Source: Microthyrium microscopicum (lineage: Eukaryota). Taken from it: 64,000 nt of DNA. The stretch spans positions 1 to 64,000 of the forward strand of contig MU004241.1 of assembly GCA_010405405.1 (NCBI GenBank), in the 5' to 3' direction. Position numbers and translations under genes: made by a program. The notes under the pieces are model-generated. The model saw only the letters and a program-made list of their open reading frames with translations. It had not been told where the DNA came from and made no database searches. Below, piece by piece: positions 1-12,580 of the stretch (the first letter of the stretch is position 1; the number at the start of each line of letters is the position of its first letter).

Positions 1-20
1 CCTAACCCTAACCCTAACCC
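1..20. repeat. Telomeric repeat (CCCTAA)n, chromosome end
   Basis: cctaaccctaaccctaaccc at the very start, the C-rich strand of the TTAGGG telomere, followed by a degenerate 'aaacc'. Confidence 0.9.
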
Positions 21-25
21 AAACC

Positions 26-3000
26 ATATCTTTTACTTATAATACATCTCTATAACTATATTAAAATTTACGTATAGTTTAAAGAATATTTCCTTACTTA
101 GTAAGCTTCTCTATAAACTAATATCTTTACTTATAATACGTCTCTATAACTATATTAAAATTTATATATAGCTTAAAGAATATTTTCTTACTTAGTAAGC
201 TTCCTTACGAACTAGTATCTTTGCCTATAATACGTCTTTATAACTATACTAAAATCTATATATAGCTTAAAGAATATTTTCTTACTTAATAAGCTTCTCT
301 ATAAACTAATATCTTTACTTATAATATATTTCTATAACTATACTAAAATCTATATATAGCTTAAAGAATATTTCCTTACTTAGTAAACTTCTCTATAAAC
401 TAATATCTTTACTTATAATATATTTCTATAACTATACTAAAATCTACGTATAGCTTAAAGAATATTCTCTTACTAAATCTAGTAAGCTTTTCTATAAATT
501 AATATCTTTACTTATAATATATTTTTATAACTATACTAAAATCTATATATAGCTTACTTAAAGGAAGATATTATAAGTATAGTCCTTTTAAAGAATATTC
601 CTATACTAAATTTAGTAAGCTTCTCTATAAATTAATATCTTTACCTATAATATATACTTATAACTATACTAAAATCTATATATAGTCTACCTTAGGAGAG
701 ATATTATAAGTAAGTAGTCCTTATAAAGAATATTCCTTTACTAAATTTAGTAAGCTTCCTTATAAATTAATATCTTTACTTAAAATATAACTTTATAACT
801 ATACTAAAACTTATATATAGCCTACTAGACTCTTTTAAGTAAGCTATAGTATTAAATAAAGGCGCTATCTTACTAAATATTAATAACTTTATTATAAATA
901 AAAATAATTTCTACTACTAAAATAGAAGTTTAGAAGTTTAGAAGTTCTTAGAGTAGTATAGATTAGTAGTAATATACTATAAATTAGATATAGTAGGTAA
1001 TATTATTAAGAGTAGTATACTCCTTTAGGCTTACTATTAGATTAAATACTAATCTAATCTAGATATTAATTATTTAGTTATACTTATAATATTTATATTA
1101 TAAGCTATAGTAATAAGTTAAGCTAATTTATAAATTTCTATATATTTACTCTATTAAATATTAGATTTACTTATCTTACTTAGGACTTTTATACCTACTT
1201 TTATTAAATTCTATTTATTTTAAATTAATAGTTTATTTTATTTTATAATTCTATATCTTTTAGCTTACTTATATCTTAATTTAAATATTATTTATTATAT
1301 AAGATATTTACCTAATACTTTTTAAATTTTAGATATCCTTCTCTTAGTAAGTATATAAGCTATATTAAATTTCCTATACCTATTTAATATTTAATAATAG
1401 TAGATAGGAAGGAATAATATAGTAGGCTTTATATTTAAATTAAATAGCTATAGAAGTATACTATACTAGAAAATATAAGATTAAGAAATAGAGAGAGCCT
1501 TTTAACTAAGAAAACTTACTCTATAGTAATAGAACGTTATTTTTAAAGTAATACTTACTACTAGATTATTAAGATTTAGTATAGTAAGACTATATAAGTA
1601 CAAAACTACTATATAGTATAAGCTTAAATAATTACTATAAATTCTATACGATTTTAGGTTACGTAAAATAATAATTATTTAGCTAAATTAGCTAATTAAT
1701 TTTTCTATTCTTCTATAAAAGAACTAAAAAGTTATTATTTTCTTACTTATCTAGCTCTAGATATAGCTATAAAGTAGCTTAGGAAGACTTAGGTATATAT
1801 ACTACTTACTATATAAACTAGCTTAGTACTACTTAAATATAATAACTAGATTAAAGTTATAGTCTTACTCTTCCTTAATACTAAAAAATCTTACTTTACT
1901 AAACCTTTTCTACTATAATTCTATTACTTAATTATATTAGTTATACTTAATTTAATAAGAGAAAATGAACTTATATATAATTTAGCTCTATAGAATTATT
2001 ATATAGTAGTGCTAACTATCCTAGTACTAATCTTATATTATTTTCTTACTTTTTTTATATTCTTTATAGTATAGTATTTTATAATAGTAGGCTAGCCCCT
2101 TAGATATTTAAGTATAGATATATTTTATAAAATAATTAGTATCTATAAGGAATACTTATATATTTAGTATTAGTAGTTCTACTAATTAGTAAGCTAAATA
2201 GTATATATAATAGTTTAGTACGTAAGCTAAGGAATATAAGCCTACTAAAACGTAACTTTACCTTATATAATATATATAGAGAAGTCTAAAATACTCTATA
2301 TTAATGTCTTAAAGCTTACGTAATTACATTAAAAGCTAAATATTACTTTTAGGGATATAAATTAGTAGTAGAGAAGCGTTAAAAGACGTCGTAGCTAAAG
2401 GGATAGAAGTCTTTAGTAACTTAGACTTACTAAAAGTTAGTAAGGTAGTTATAAGTAAAAAGGACAACGTACTAAAATAATATTATTTAGTAAGGAATTA
2501 CGTCCTTCTTGCTACTAAGATATAACACCTAACTTAAAAGGATAATATATACAAAAGGAACAATACTACTAAAGGAATATTATAGCTAAAGCTTACCTAT
2601 AAAGTAATTTAGTAAGGAACTACTACTACTAAGCTTTACTAAACTTTACTATAATTATAAATTCCTAACTATACTTTTATTTTTTTAAGGAAGAAGCCTT
2701 ATAGTATTTACCTTAATTAAAACCTTTATATAGTATTATTTTATTTATTAAAGCTATTTTAGGAGAAATATTATAAGTATAGTCTTCCTAAAGAATATTT
2801 CCTTACTAAATTTAGTAAACTTCTCTATAAACTAATATCTTTATCTATAATATATTCTTATAACTATACTAAAATCTATATATAGCTTAAAGAATATTTC
2901 TTTACTTAGTAAGCTTTTTTATAAACTAATATCTTTTACCTATAATACGTCTCTATAACTATACTAAAATCTATATATAGTTTAAAGAATATTTCCTTAT

Positions 3001-6000
3001 TTAATAAGCTTTTCTATAAACTAATATCTTTACTTATAATATATCTTTATAACTATACTAAAATCTATATATAGCTTAAAGAATATTTCTTTACTTAGTA
3101 AGCTTTCCTATAAACTAGTATCTTTACTTATAAGTAATACGTCTTTATAACTATACTAAAATCTATATATAGCTTAAAAAATATTTCTTTACTTAATAAG
3201 CTTTTTTATAAACTAATATCTTTACTTATAATATATTCTTATAACTATACTAAAATCTATATATAGCTTAAAGAATATTCCTTTATTTAGTAAGCTTTTC
3301 TATAAACTAATATCTTTACTTATAATATATCTCTATAACTATACTAAAATCTATATATAGCTTAGAGAATATTTCCTTACTAAATCTAATAAGCTTTCTT
3401 ATAAATTAATATTTTTACTTATAATATATTTCTATAACTATACTAAAATCTACGTATAGCCTACCTAAAGAAAAATATTATAAGTATAGTCTTTCTAAAG
3501 AATATTCCTATACTAAATTTAATAAGCTTCCTTATAAATTAATATCTTTATTTATAATATATATCTATAACTATACTAAAATCTACGTATAGCCTACCTT
3601 AAGAGAGATATTATAAGTAAGTAGTTCTTATAAAGAATATTTCCTTACTAAATTTAGTAAGCTTTCTTATAAACTAATATTTTTACTTAAAATATAACTT
3701 TATAACTATACTAAAACCTATATATAGCCTACTAGACCCTTCTAAGTAAGCTATAGTATTAAATAAAGGCGCTACCTTACTAAATATTAATAACTTTATT
3801 ATAAATAAAGATAATTTCTACTACTAAAATAGAAGTTTAAAAGTTTAGAAGTTCTTAGAGTAGTATAAGTTAGTAGTAATATATTATAAGTTAGACGTAG
3901 TAGGTAATATTATTAAGAGTAGTATGCTTCTTTAGGCTTACTATTAGATTAAATACTAATCTAATCTAGATATTAATTATTTAGTTATACTTATAATATT
4001 TATATCGTAAGCTATAGTAGTAAATTAAGCTAATTTATAAATCTCTATATATTTACTTTATTAAATATTAGATTTACTTATCTTACTTAAGACTTTTATA
4101 CCTACTTCTATTAAATTCTATCTATTCTAAATTAATAGTTTATCTTATTTTATAATTCTATATCTTTTAGCTTACTTATATCTTAATTTAAATATTATTT
4201 ATTATATAAGATATTTACTTAATACTTTTTAAATCTTAGATACCTTTCTCTTAATAAGTATATAGGCTATATTAAATCTCTTATACCTATCTAATATTTA
4301 ATAATAGTAGATAGAAAGGAATAGTATAATAGGCTTTATATTTAAATTAGATAGCTATAGAAGCATACTATACTAGAGAATATAGAATTAAGAAATAGAA
4401 AAAGCTTTTTAACTAAGAAGACTTACTCTATAGTAGTAGAACGTTATTCCTAAAGTAATACTTACTACTAGATTATTAAGATTTAGTATAATAAAACTAC
4501 GTAAGTACAAAACTACTATATAGTATAAGCTTAAATAATTACTATAAATTCTATATAATTTTAAATTACGTAAAATAATAATTATTTAGCTAAATTAGCT
4601 AATTAATTTTTCTATTCTTCTATAAAAGAGCTAAAAAGTTATTATTCTTCTACTTACCTAGCTCTAGATATAGTTATAAAGTAGCTTAAAAAAACTTAAG
4701 TACGCGTACTACTTACTATATAAACTAACTTAGCGCTACTTAGATATAATAACTAGATTAGAGTTATAGTCTTACTTTTCCTTAATACTAAAAAATTTTA
4801 CTTTACTAAATCTTTTCTACTATAATTCTATTGCCTAATTATATTAGTTATACTTAATTTAATAAGAAAAGATAAACTTATATATAATTTAGCTCTATAA
4901 AATTATTATATAGTAGTACTAACTATCTTAGTACTAATCTTATACTATTTTCTTACTTTTTTTATATTCTTTATAGTATAGTATTCTATAATAGTAGACT
5001 AGCCTCTTAGATATTTAAGTATAGATACGTTTTATAAAATAATTAGTATCTATAAGAAATACTTATATATTTAGTATTAGTAGTTCTACTAATTAGTAAG
5101 CTAAATAGTATATATAATAGTTTAGTACGTAAGCTAAGGAATATAGGCCTATTAAAACGTAACTTTACCTTATATAATATATATAAAGAAGTTTAAAATA
5201 CTCTATATTAATATCTTAAAGCTTACGTAATTATATTAAAAGCTAAATATTACTTTTAGAAATATAAATTAGTAGTAGAAAAGTATTAGAAGACGTTATA
5301 GCTAAAGGGATAGAAGTCTTTAGTAACTTAGACTTACTAGAAGTTAGTAAGATAGTTATAAGTAAAAAGAACAACGTACTAGAATAATATTATTTAGTAA
5401 AAAATTACACTCTTCTTACTATTAAAATATAACGCCTAACCTAAAGGAATAATATATATAAAAGGAATAATACTACTAAAGGAACATTATAGCTAAGGCT
5501 TACTTATAAGGTAATTTAGTAAAGAACTACTACTACTAAGCTTTACTAAACTTTACTATAGTCGTAAATTCCTAACTATACTTTTATCCTTTTAAGGAAA
5601 AAGTCCTATAGTATTTACTCTAATTAAAACCTTTACGTAGTATTATTTTATTTATTAAAGCTATTTTAGAAGAGATATTATAAGTATAGTCTTTCTAAAG
5701 AATATTTCCTTACTAAATTTAGTAAGCTTTTCTACAAACTAATATTTTTACTTATAATATATTCCTATAACTATACTAAAATCTACGTATAGCTTAAAGA
5801 ATATTTCCTTATTTAATAAGCTTTTTTATAAACTAATATCTTTTATCTATAATATATTCTTATAACTATACTAAAATCTATATATAGTTTAAAGAATATT
5901 CCTTTACTTAGTAAGCTTTTTTATAAACTAATATCTTTATCTATAATATATCTTTATAACTATACTAAAATCTATATATAGCTTAAAGAATATTTCCTTA

Positions 6001-7220
6001 CTTAGTAAGCTTCTTTACAAACTAGTATCTTTACCTATAATACGTCCTTATAACTATACTAAAATCTATATATAGCTTAAAGAATATTTTCTTACTTAGT
6101 AAGCTTCCCTATAAACTAATATCTTTATCTATAATACGTCTTTATAACTATACTAAAATCTATATATAGCTTAAAAAATATTTCCTTACTTAGTAAGCTT
6201 TTCTATAAACTAATATTTTTACTTATAATATATCTTTATAACTATACTAAAATCTATATATAGCTTAAAAAATATTCTTTTACTAAATCTAGTAAGCTTC
6301 TCTATAAATTAATATTTTTACTTATAATATATTCTTATAACTATATTAAAATCTATATATAGCCTACCTAAGGGAAAATATTATAAGTATAGTCCTCTTA
6401 AAAAATATTTCTATATTAAATTTAGTAAACTTCTTTACGAATTAATATCTTTACTTATAATATATATTTATAACTATACTAAAATCTACGTATAGCTTAC
6501 TTTAAGAAAGATATTATAAGTAAGTAGTCTTTATAAAGAATATTTCTTTACTAAATTTAGTAAGCTTCTTTATAAACTAATATCTTTATCTAAAATATAA
6601 CTCTATAACTATACTAAAACCTACGTATAGCTTACTAAACTCTTTTAAGTAAGCTATAGTATTAAATAAAGGCGCTACCTTACTAAATATTAGTAACTCT
6701 ATTATAAATAAAAATAATTTTTACTACTAAAATAGAAGTTTAGAAGTTTAGAAGTTCTTAGAGTAGTATAAGTTAGTAGTAATATACTATAAGTTAGATA
6801 TAGTAAGTAATATTATTAAGAGTAGCGTACTCCTTTAGGCTTATTATTAGATTAAATACTAATCTAATCTAGATATTAATTATTTAGTTATACTTATAAT
6901 ATTTATATTATAAGCTATAGTAGTAAGTTAAGCTAATTTATAAATTCTTATATATTTATTCTATTAAATATTAGATTTACTTATCTTACTTAAGACTTTT
7001 GTACCTACTTCTATTAAATTTTATCTATTCTAAATTAATAGTTCATCTTATTTTGTAATTCTATATCTTTTAGCTTACTTGCATCTTAATTTAAATATTA
7101 TTTATTATATAAGATATTTACTTAATACTTTTCAAATCTCAGATGCCCTCCTCTTAGTAAGTATACGGGCTATATTAAATCTCCTACGCCCATCCGATAT
7201 TTAATAATAGTAGATAGGAA
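26..7220. repeat. RIP-mutated subtelomeric tandem array, ~2.9-kb unit, ~2.5 copies
   Basis: Anchor 'ataaaggcgct' recurs with ggcgct at 861, 3768 and 6671 (periods 2907 and 2903). Extreme AT/TpA enrichment, no ORFs, copies differ mainly by transitions. Confidence 0.95.
2770..3740. repeat. ~94-bp minisatellite block inside each subtelomeric unit (also ~26-830 and ~5680-6640)
   Basis: Motif 'tatctttacttataat...ctataactatactaaaatctatatatagcttaaagaatattt' repeats; in the first block 'tatct' falls at 122, 216 and 310 (94-bp period). About 9 units per block, some longer variants. Confidence 0.9.
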
Positions 7221-7399
7221 AACGGGAAAGCCGCAATGATTTGAGGCTGGCAAAGCGAAGGAGGAGTGTCCATACGCACTCTCTGGACTGACCATACTGA
7301 CATTGGTTAATAGTTACCGCGTGGCCAGCAAGAAAAACCTGGAAAATTCAAGACCTTAGACGTTAACGCTCGTTAGCATCGGAACGACAATCCTCGAGA

Positions 7400-9372
7400 C
7401 TTGAAGCTGACTCTCTTGAGGGTTCTCCGCCTGCGTATTTGAGTCTCGCACCGAAAAGGCTCAAGTATGAATGGTATTTCCTTTCCACTGCATTCAGTAC
7501 TATATCAATCACAGCATCGGGATCGTACGTCAAGGCAAGGCTGTTCTATAAATGGTTTCAAGGTTCGTAAAACTGCGTTAACAGAAGTCATGCTTTCCAA
7601 TCACTTACGACCGTGAGAGTCAAACCGATATTGCAAGAACATGAGTTGGTTCAGTGTATTTCTAATGTTACCTTTCTTGGGACCAACATGCGCCCTGGAA
7701 ATGACGTATGGGGTCGTAATCTAAACTGTATGGATACACTTCACTATGACTTTCCCGCTTTGAAGACCAGTTGAAAGAGACAGTCAAATTTGAAAACAGT
7801 TGGCTCACCCAAAAAGTTGCTACCACAGCTCTCGCCATTAAACATGTCGCCACGGCGGTCATTTCGTGGAAAACTCAGCTTGCAGAAAGATGTTCAGAAA
7901 CTACCGATAAGTTGACGTTAGAATATAATGCTTCTGTGCCTAAGATTTCCGCACAAGAAATTCGCATGCAAGAGACACAATACGCATTCAAGCAGTTGAT
8001 AACCAAATTCGAAACGGCTGCTAGAGATCACGTCGAGCGGGAAGGTCTGGGCTCTGTCGCTGTATCTCTTGAAAATACATTGATGTTTACTCCACGGGTG
8101 AAAGAAGAAAGCTTCCATGTCAGGTGTTGCGCTGCATTAAACACCAGTTCCTCTGCTTGAGTATTCTTTGATAAGATCAAAACTGCAGCAGCTGGAAAAG
8201 TCGATTCGAAATATATATTCGCAAGTGGACTGCCATATACGTCTCAGCAGATGACTTCAAAACTCGGGTCAATTCATTGTTGAAAACCCCGAGAACCGCA
8301 CCAGATAGTAAAGAATTATCCAGCATTGACAAAGACAAGTGAGTAGGATTAAGCCTTTGCGTACCACCTTTTGCGACTGTCGGTGTATATTCTTTGCTGC
8401 GTCTCTGTCGAACAACAGGCAATGCAACATCCAATGTTGTAGCGTTGCGTGCCGTCGCAAATGACTGAGACTTCCAGATTATATCCATGTGTTGACGCCT
8501 GCAACTCGGTGTCTAATGCCTATTGAAGAGCTATGCGTGGACGTCTGCGCGAGCGGCTGAGGCCATAACCCTCCACATACTTAGAAAATCATGCTGACTA
8601 ACATTTTACATATTCATAGAGCTTTGTGATACAGATGAGCTGAGGCAAAACTCTGAAGAACTTCGTGGGCATTGCAACTCCTTTACGGCTCTCATTTAAG
8701 AGTACAGTACAACCAGCGGCTTCCTCAGTGATCCAAAATGCAAGCAGATCTAAAAAGCATAACCCGACAACTGGCCAACATGAACATCACTACTCCCGAT
8801 CAAGTTGACTCATCCCATTGCCTGTACCTGTTCCATCGGTTTTACGCGGAGACCTACAATAGTCAGAAGCTTCAGCTACTTTAGGAACCTGCAAGTACGG
8901 CCAGAGGTCTCCGTGCAATCAACTAGGGGCTCGATGACTACCTTCTTCCCGGTTTTGAGTTTGAATCTCTTGGTTATATCCCAATTGACACCCTGCTGGA
9001 AGAAGCAAGGATTCTTAGGAGCCAGCTTGATCGCTATCAAAAGGACGAAAGGTACAATCAAGTCGTGGCAACTCGCTTCAAGTTGTATCTCTCGTCTGTT
9101 TATCCGTTTTTCCCGGAAGATGTCTAAGGGCAGAATAAAAGTCCCAAGCCAAACGATGCTCAATAAGTCGATAGAGAGAAACTGGATCCACAGGAACAGG
9201 ATAGCCGGAAGAAAGGTCATTGCTTCGATTTCGATGGCACTCTGCGCATGATCTGGAAGTGCAACGCGCTCAGCGATGGTCGGCGAGATGTTCGCATGAA
9301 CAGCTTCTCCGTCTATTTTGAGGGGCTGTATTCCAGAGTCGCCCTGGTGAACCCGAAGATTAGGCAGTGAAT
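7400..9372 (+). pseudogene. Decayed coding sequence of unknown function
   Basis: Protein-like reading stretches (ORF 7771-8160; a frame across ~8800-9372 reading ...DDYLLPGFEFESLGYIPIDTLLEEARILRSQLDRYQKDERYNQ...GHCFDFDGTLRMIWKC...) interrupted by several stops. No family recognised; boundaries approximate. Confidence 0.35.
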
Positions 9373-12300
9373 CTTTGCACCACATTGAATGGTATCATCT
9401 CAACTGTAGTCTGCCAGTTGATCGCATGTTCTCCTTCTTTCCTATGACAGGCAAGCTCAATACTGCTGTCGTGAACGAGTCAGCTACCCAGGCCGTATCT
9501 GACAAAGGCGTTAAACACTACACTCGCTTCATGCTGTCTCCATTTTTAACCTAGACGGTAGAAGTCGTCCAAGACGATGTCGATTTGTCAAGTGATACCA
9601 ACATCAGGATGGAACATGAGATTCATGATCGAGCCAATACGGGCAACCTTAATAGTAACATGTATTAGTGGTGAGGATACCGATAGACTCATTCTGAGGA
9701 TATTGTTGTCGATGCTGAGAAGCTGAACTGTTTGCCGGTAACAGGATGGCAACGACGAAGACTATATGTTGTACTCGAAAGTGACTGAGTCTTATTCGAT
9801 CATCTAGCTACTGAAATTGAGCTTGACCTTCTGACTGCGCTTTATACCAGTCGAAATCTGTTTGCCTCTCTCAATTCAACCTGCTAAGTTGTCTAACGAT
9901 GTGGGTCAATTGTCTCGCCGTTCATTACGATTGACCTTTCGCCGGCGTCAATGCTCTTTAGAAATTGGTCTCCGCGTAGTAACATCATGAGCTAGAGACT
10001 ATGCACGGAAATACAAATGACTGATGGAAGAGTTTTACGATACAGTTTGGCCTAGATTACTGCATTATTCGACCCCTTCATTCATGGAACAGAGCGTTGA
10101 GTGGGCTCATTTCCCACCAGTTCGTGCTCCCCTTTCCTGATAGAGATGGGTACGACGGCTGGCCACCAAGTGCTCCGCAACCCTCGTTTCTGTTCCCTCT
10201 GATATGCTCCTTCATAGCTTGATCAACCCGACCTCCATGGAAAGTCGCAACTTCTACCAATTCAGTAAGCTGGCCAGATATGTATTTGATACTAAATTGT
10301 CCTGTGATCATCCAGATATCTACTATATGAATCGCCAAGATGAATCGGTATAGCCAATGAAAACATCGGGAAAGCATCAGTTGATGCCTAGTGGTTCATA
10401 ATGCCTATTTCACATATCTGACTGTGCTATTTGGCTGCTTGATCCGAGCGATATACAGCAAAGGTACCCCAACCCATATTTGAATCATGCAGGTGCTCAT
10501 CGCGAATCCATCATAACGGTATACGCAACTAACTGTCAGAAGCTTGACCAAATGAAGAGAAACAACCCGTTTGAACATTACCAATCTCACGATGAATAAT
10601 CTCTCTCACCTTAGCAGTGAAATCAAAAGATATAGCCGAGCGTAAAAAGTTTTCCTAGTGATAATAATTTACAGGCGACTTGAGGGCTAGGAAAATAAGA
10701 TCATCTCCATACTATCGCACTCTACTGGCTTCCTCTTTCCTTCAAAGGGTGTATTCCAAGTGGGGATTGTGTCGTCTTCGGTCCCCCTACAGTCCCAATC
10801 CGCCTTATGAGGTCTTTTCCCAGTTCGATTGTTGAAGGACTAACCCGAGAAGTATAGTTGAATCCCTTCCAATCTTATCCAAAGTAGCTCAAATCGACAA
10901 TGCCATGGGAGAGAATGGGCGTCTTTCGGGATTTGTGAGATGTTGGGGCTCGCATGGGTCTGGAATAAGGAATAGATGTTAGCTAGAAAAGGCCCTGGAG
11001 CAGAGTACAAATTTGTAGTCACAGCTTGTTGCAAGGCAGGAGATATCAGTTCTATGTACCTACGTATAACAAGTTGTACTGGAACACACGCCAGTGCCTT
11101 GACCGCTTCTCGGATCCAAAAGAATTGATGTTGGTTTGCATGGCTTCGCGGTCACTAGAATAGAATATTTCCCAACTCCATCAAATTTGGCCTTCTGAAT
11201 CTGTCCCGAGGAAGTTATTCGATTTTCATGGTTTCCGGTGTCTATAGCAAGCTTTCTATGCCGCAGTGGCTATCGGAGCGACTAGAGACGCTCGCCAAAG
11301 AATGGGGAAGATATTCGCGTGATTCCAGAGCGCTATTGGGAAAGCGCATTGTGGCTCGGCGAGATGACGCGAATATTTTCCCGACGCTGGCTGCTGTCTT
11401 ATGCTTCGCAATCCAAGCATGTCTAGCCAGTCATAATCTATACTTTCTTCATCTTGAGACCGTTCGTCGACGACTCACATGGGAGCCAGTGATGAAATCA
11501 GTTCCCTTTCCGGGCCGGCCGAATTGACTAGAAGATGTGCAGCATATAGCACTGATCCAATTTACGAAGGCATGAACAAAGACCCGCAACTAGCTCATAA
11601 ATGCTCGAAGTGATTATGAAAGCTGATACTCAGCCCGATATTGATCACGCTTTCCTCTTTTCCGTGCGCCCTTCCTTTCCTCTCCTCGATGAAACTCTAT
11701 TCGGGCAAGCTGATGCGCTTCGCTTCGTCTTAAAAACGAACTGTAAGAGGAGTTCTACATGACATGCCCAAAAGAGGTTGACCGACGGTTCTACGTCAAG
11801 AACATCAAATCTTAAGCCACTAGTATGTAAGTTGCCATTTGTTGAGGAGAAGGCAAAGCGATTGACACTTCTCATTCTCACTGGTATATGATGAGCGGCT
11901 GGTTATAGTTTCGTTGCCCGTATTACTTTCTGTCGATCGTGTCTTTTGGAGATGCATCACCGGCTTCTAGAGTCATCGCTTATCATAGAAGAAATTTCTT
12001 TAGGCAATGAATATCAGACATGTCTGGAGCATTGCTGAACTGTCACACGACCTGAAAGCGAATAGAGAAACCAATGCTATGTCCAGGCTTTGTGGCTAGC
12101 TCAGATTGCTCGCATACGCATCAACCAATGATACAGTCTGGCCGGTACAGTATCAAGGGCGATGATTGTCGCTGACGACCTCACGAGCTGCGAAGAACAG
12201 AATGTTAGCCCCAACGAAAGTGTCAAAACAGAATGATCAAACGGGGTGTCGCACGTAATAAGTGATGATATCATGATGGAGGCCTAGTTCTCTCTCGGGA

Positions 12301-12580
12301 GATAGCTTTCAGACCTAAGTACTACATCAACTATCATCTTGAACCACCAGGAGGCTCAACTATCAGCGTGATCCAATGAAGAAGAAAGGTAGCGGCCAAT
12401 AAAGCACTCGATAACAGAGGGCCGCGCCTGGGCACCATTAAAATTGATGGGAGTACACCTTTTGTTCTGCGATGCAGTTGGGTGCTACGGAGTAGGTTAT
12501 GGCGACTTCGTCACGAATTAGAAGCAGCGGAAAACGCAGACAGAAAACGCAGACACCATTGAACTAGTAAACATACAATT

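Noticed and set aside
26..7220. Telomere-linked RecQ helicase relic
   Set aside because: No helicase motifs recoverable; the sequence matches the transposon arm instead.
9900..12300. Possible ankyrin/NACHT pseudogene on the minus strand
   Set aside because: Only vague fragments (e.g. GVPLLYIAR, SPLNALF); no continuous frame or diagnostic motif.
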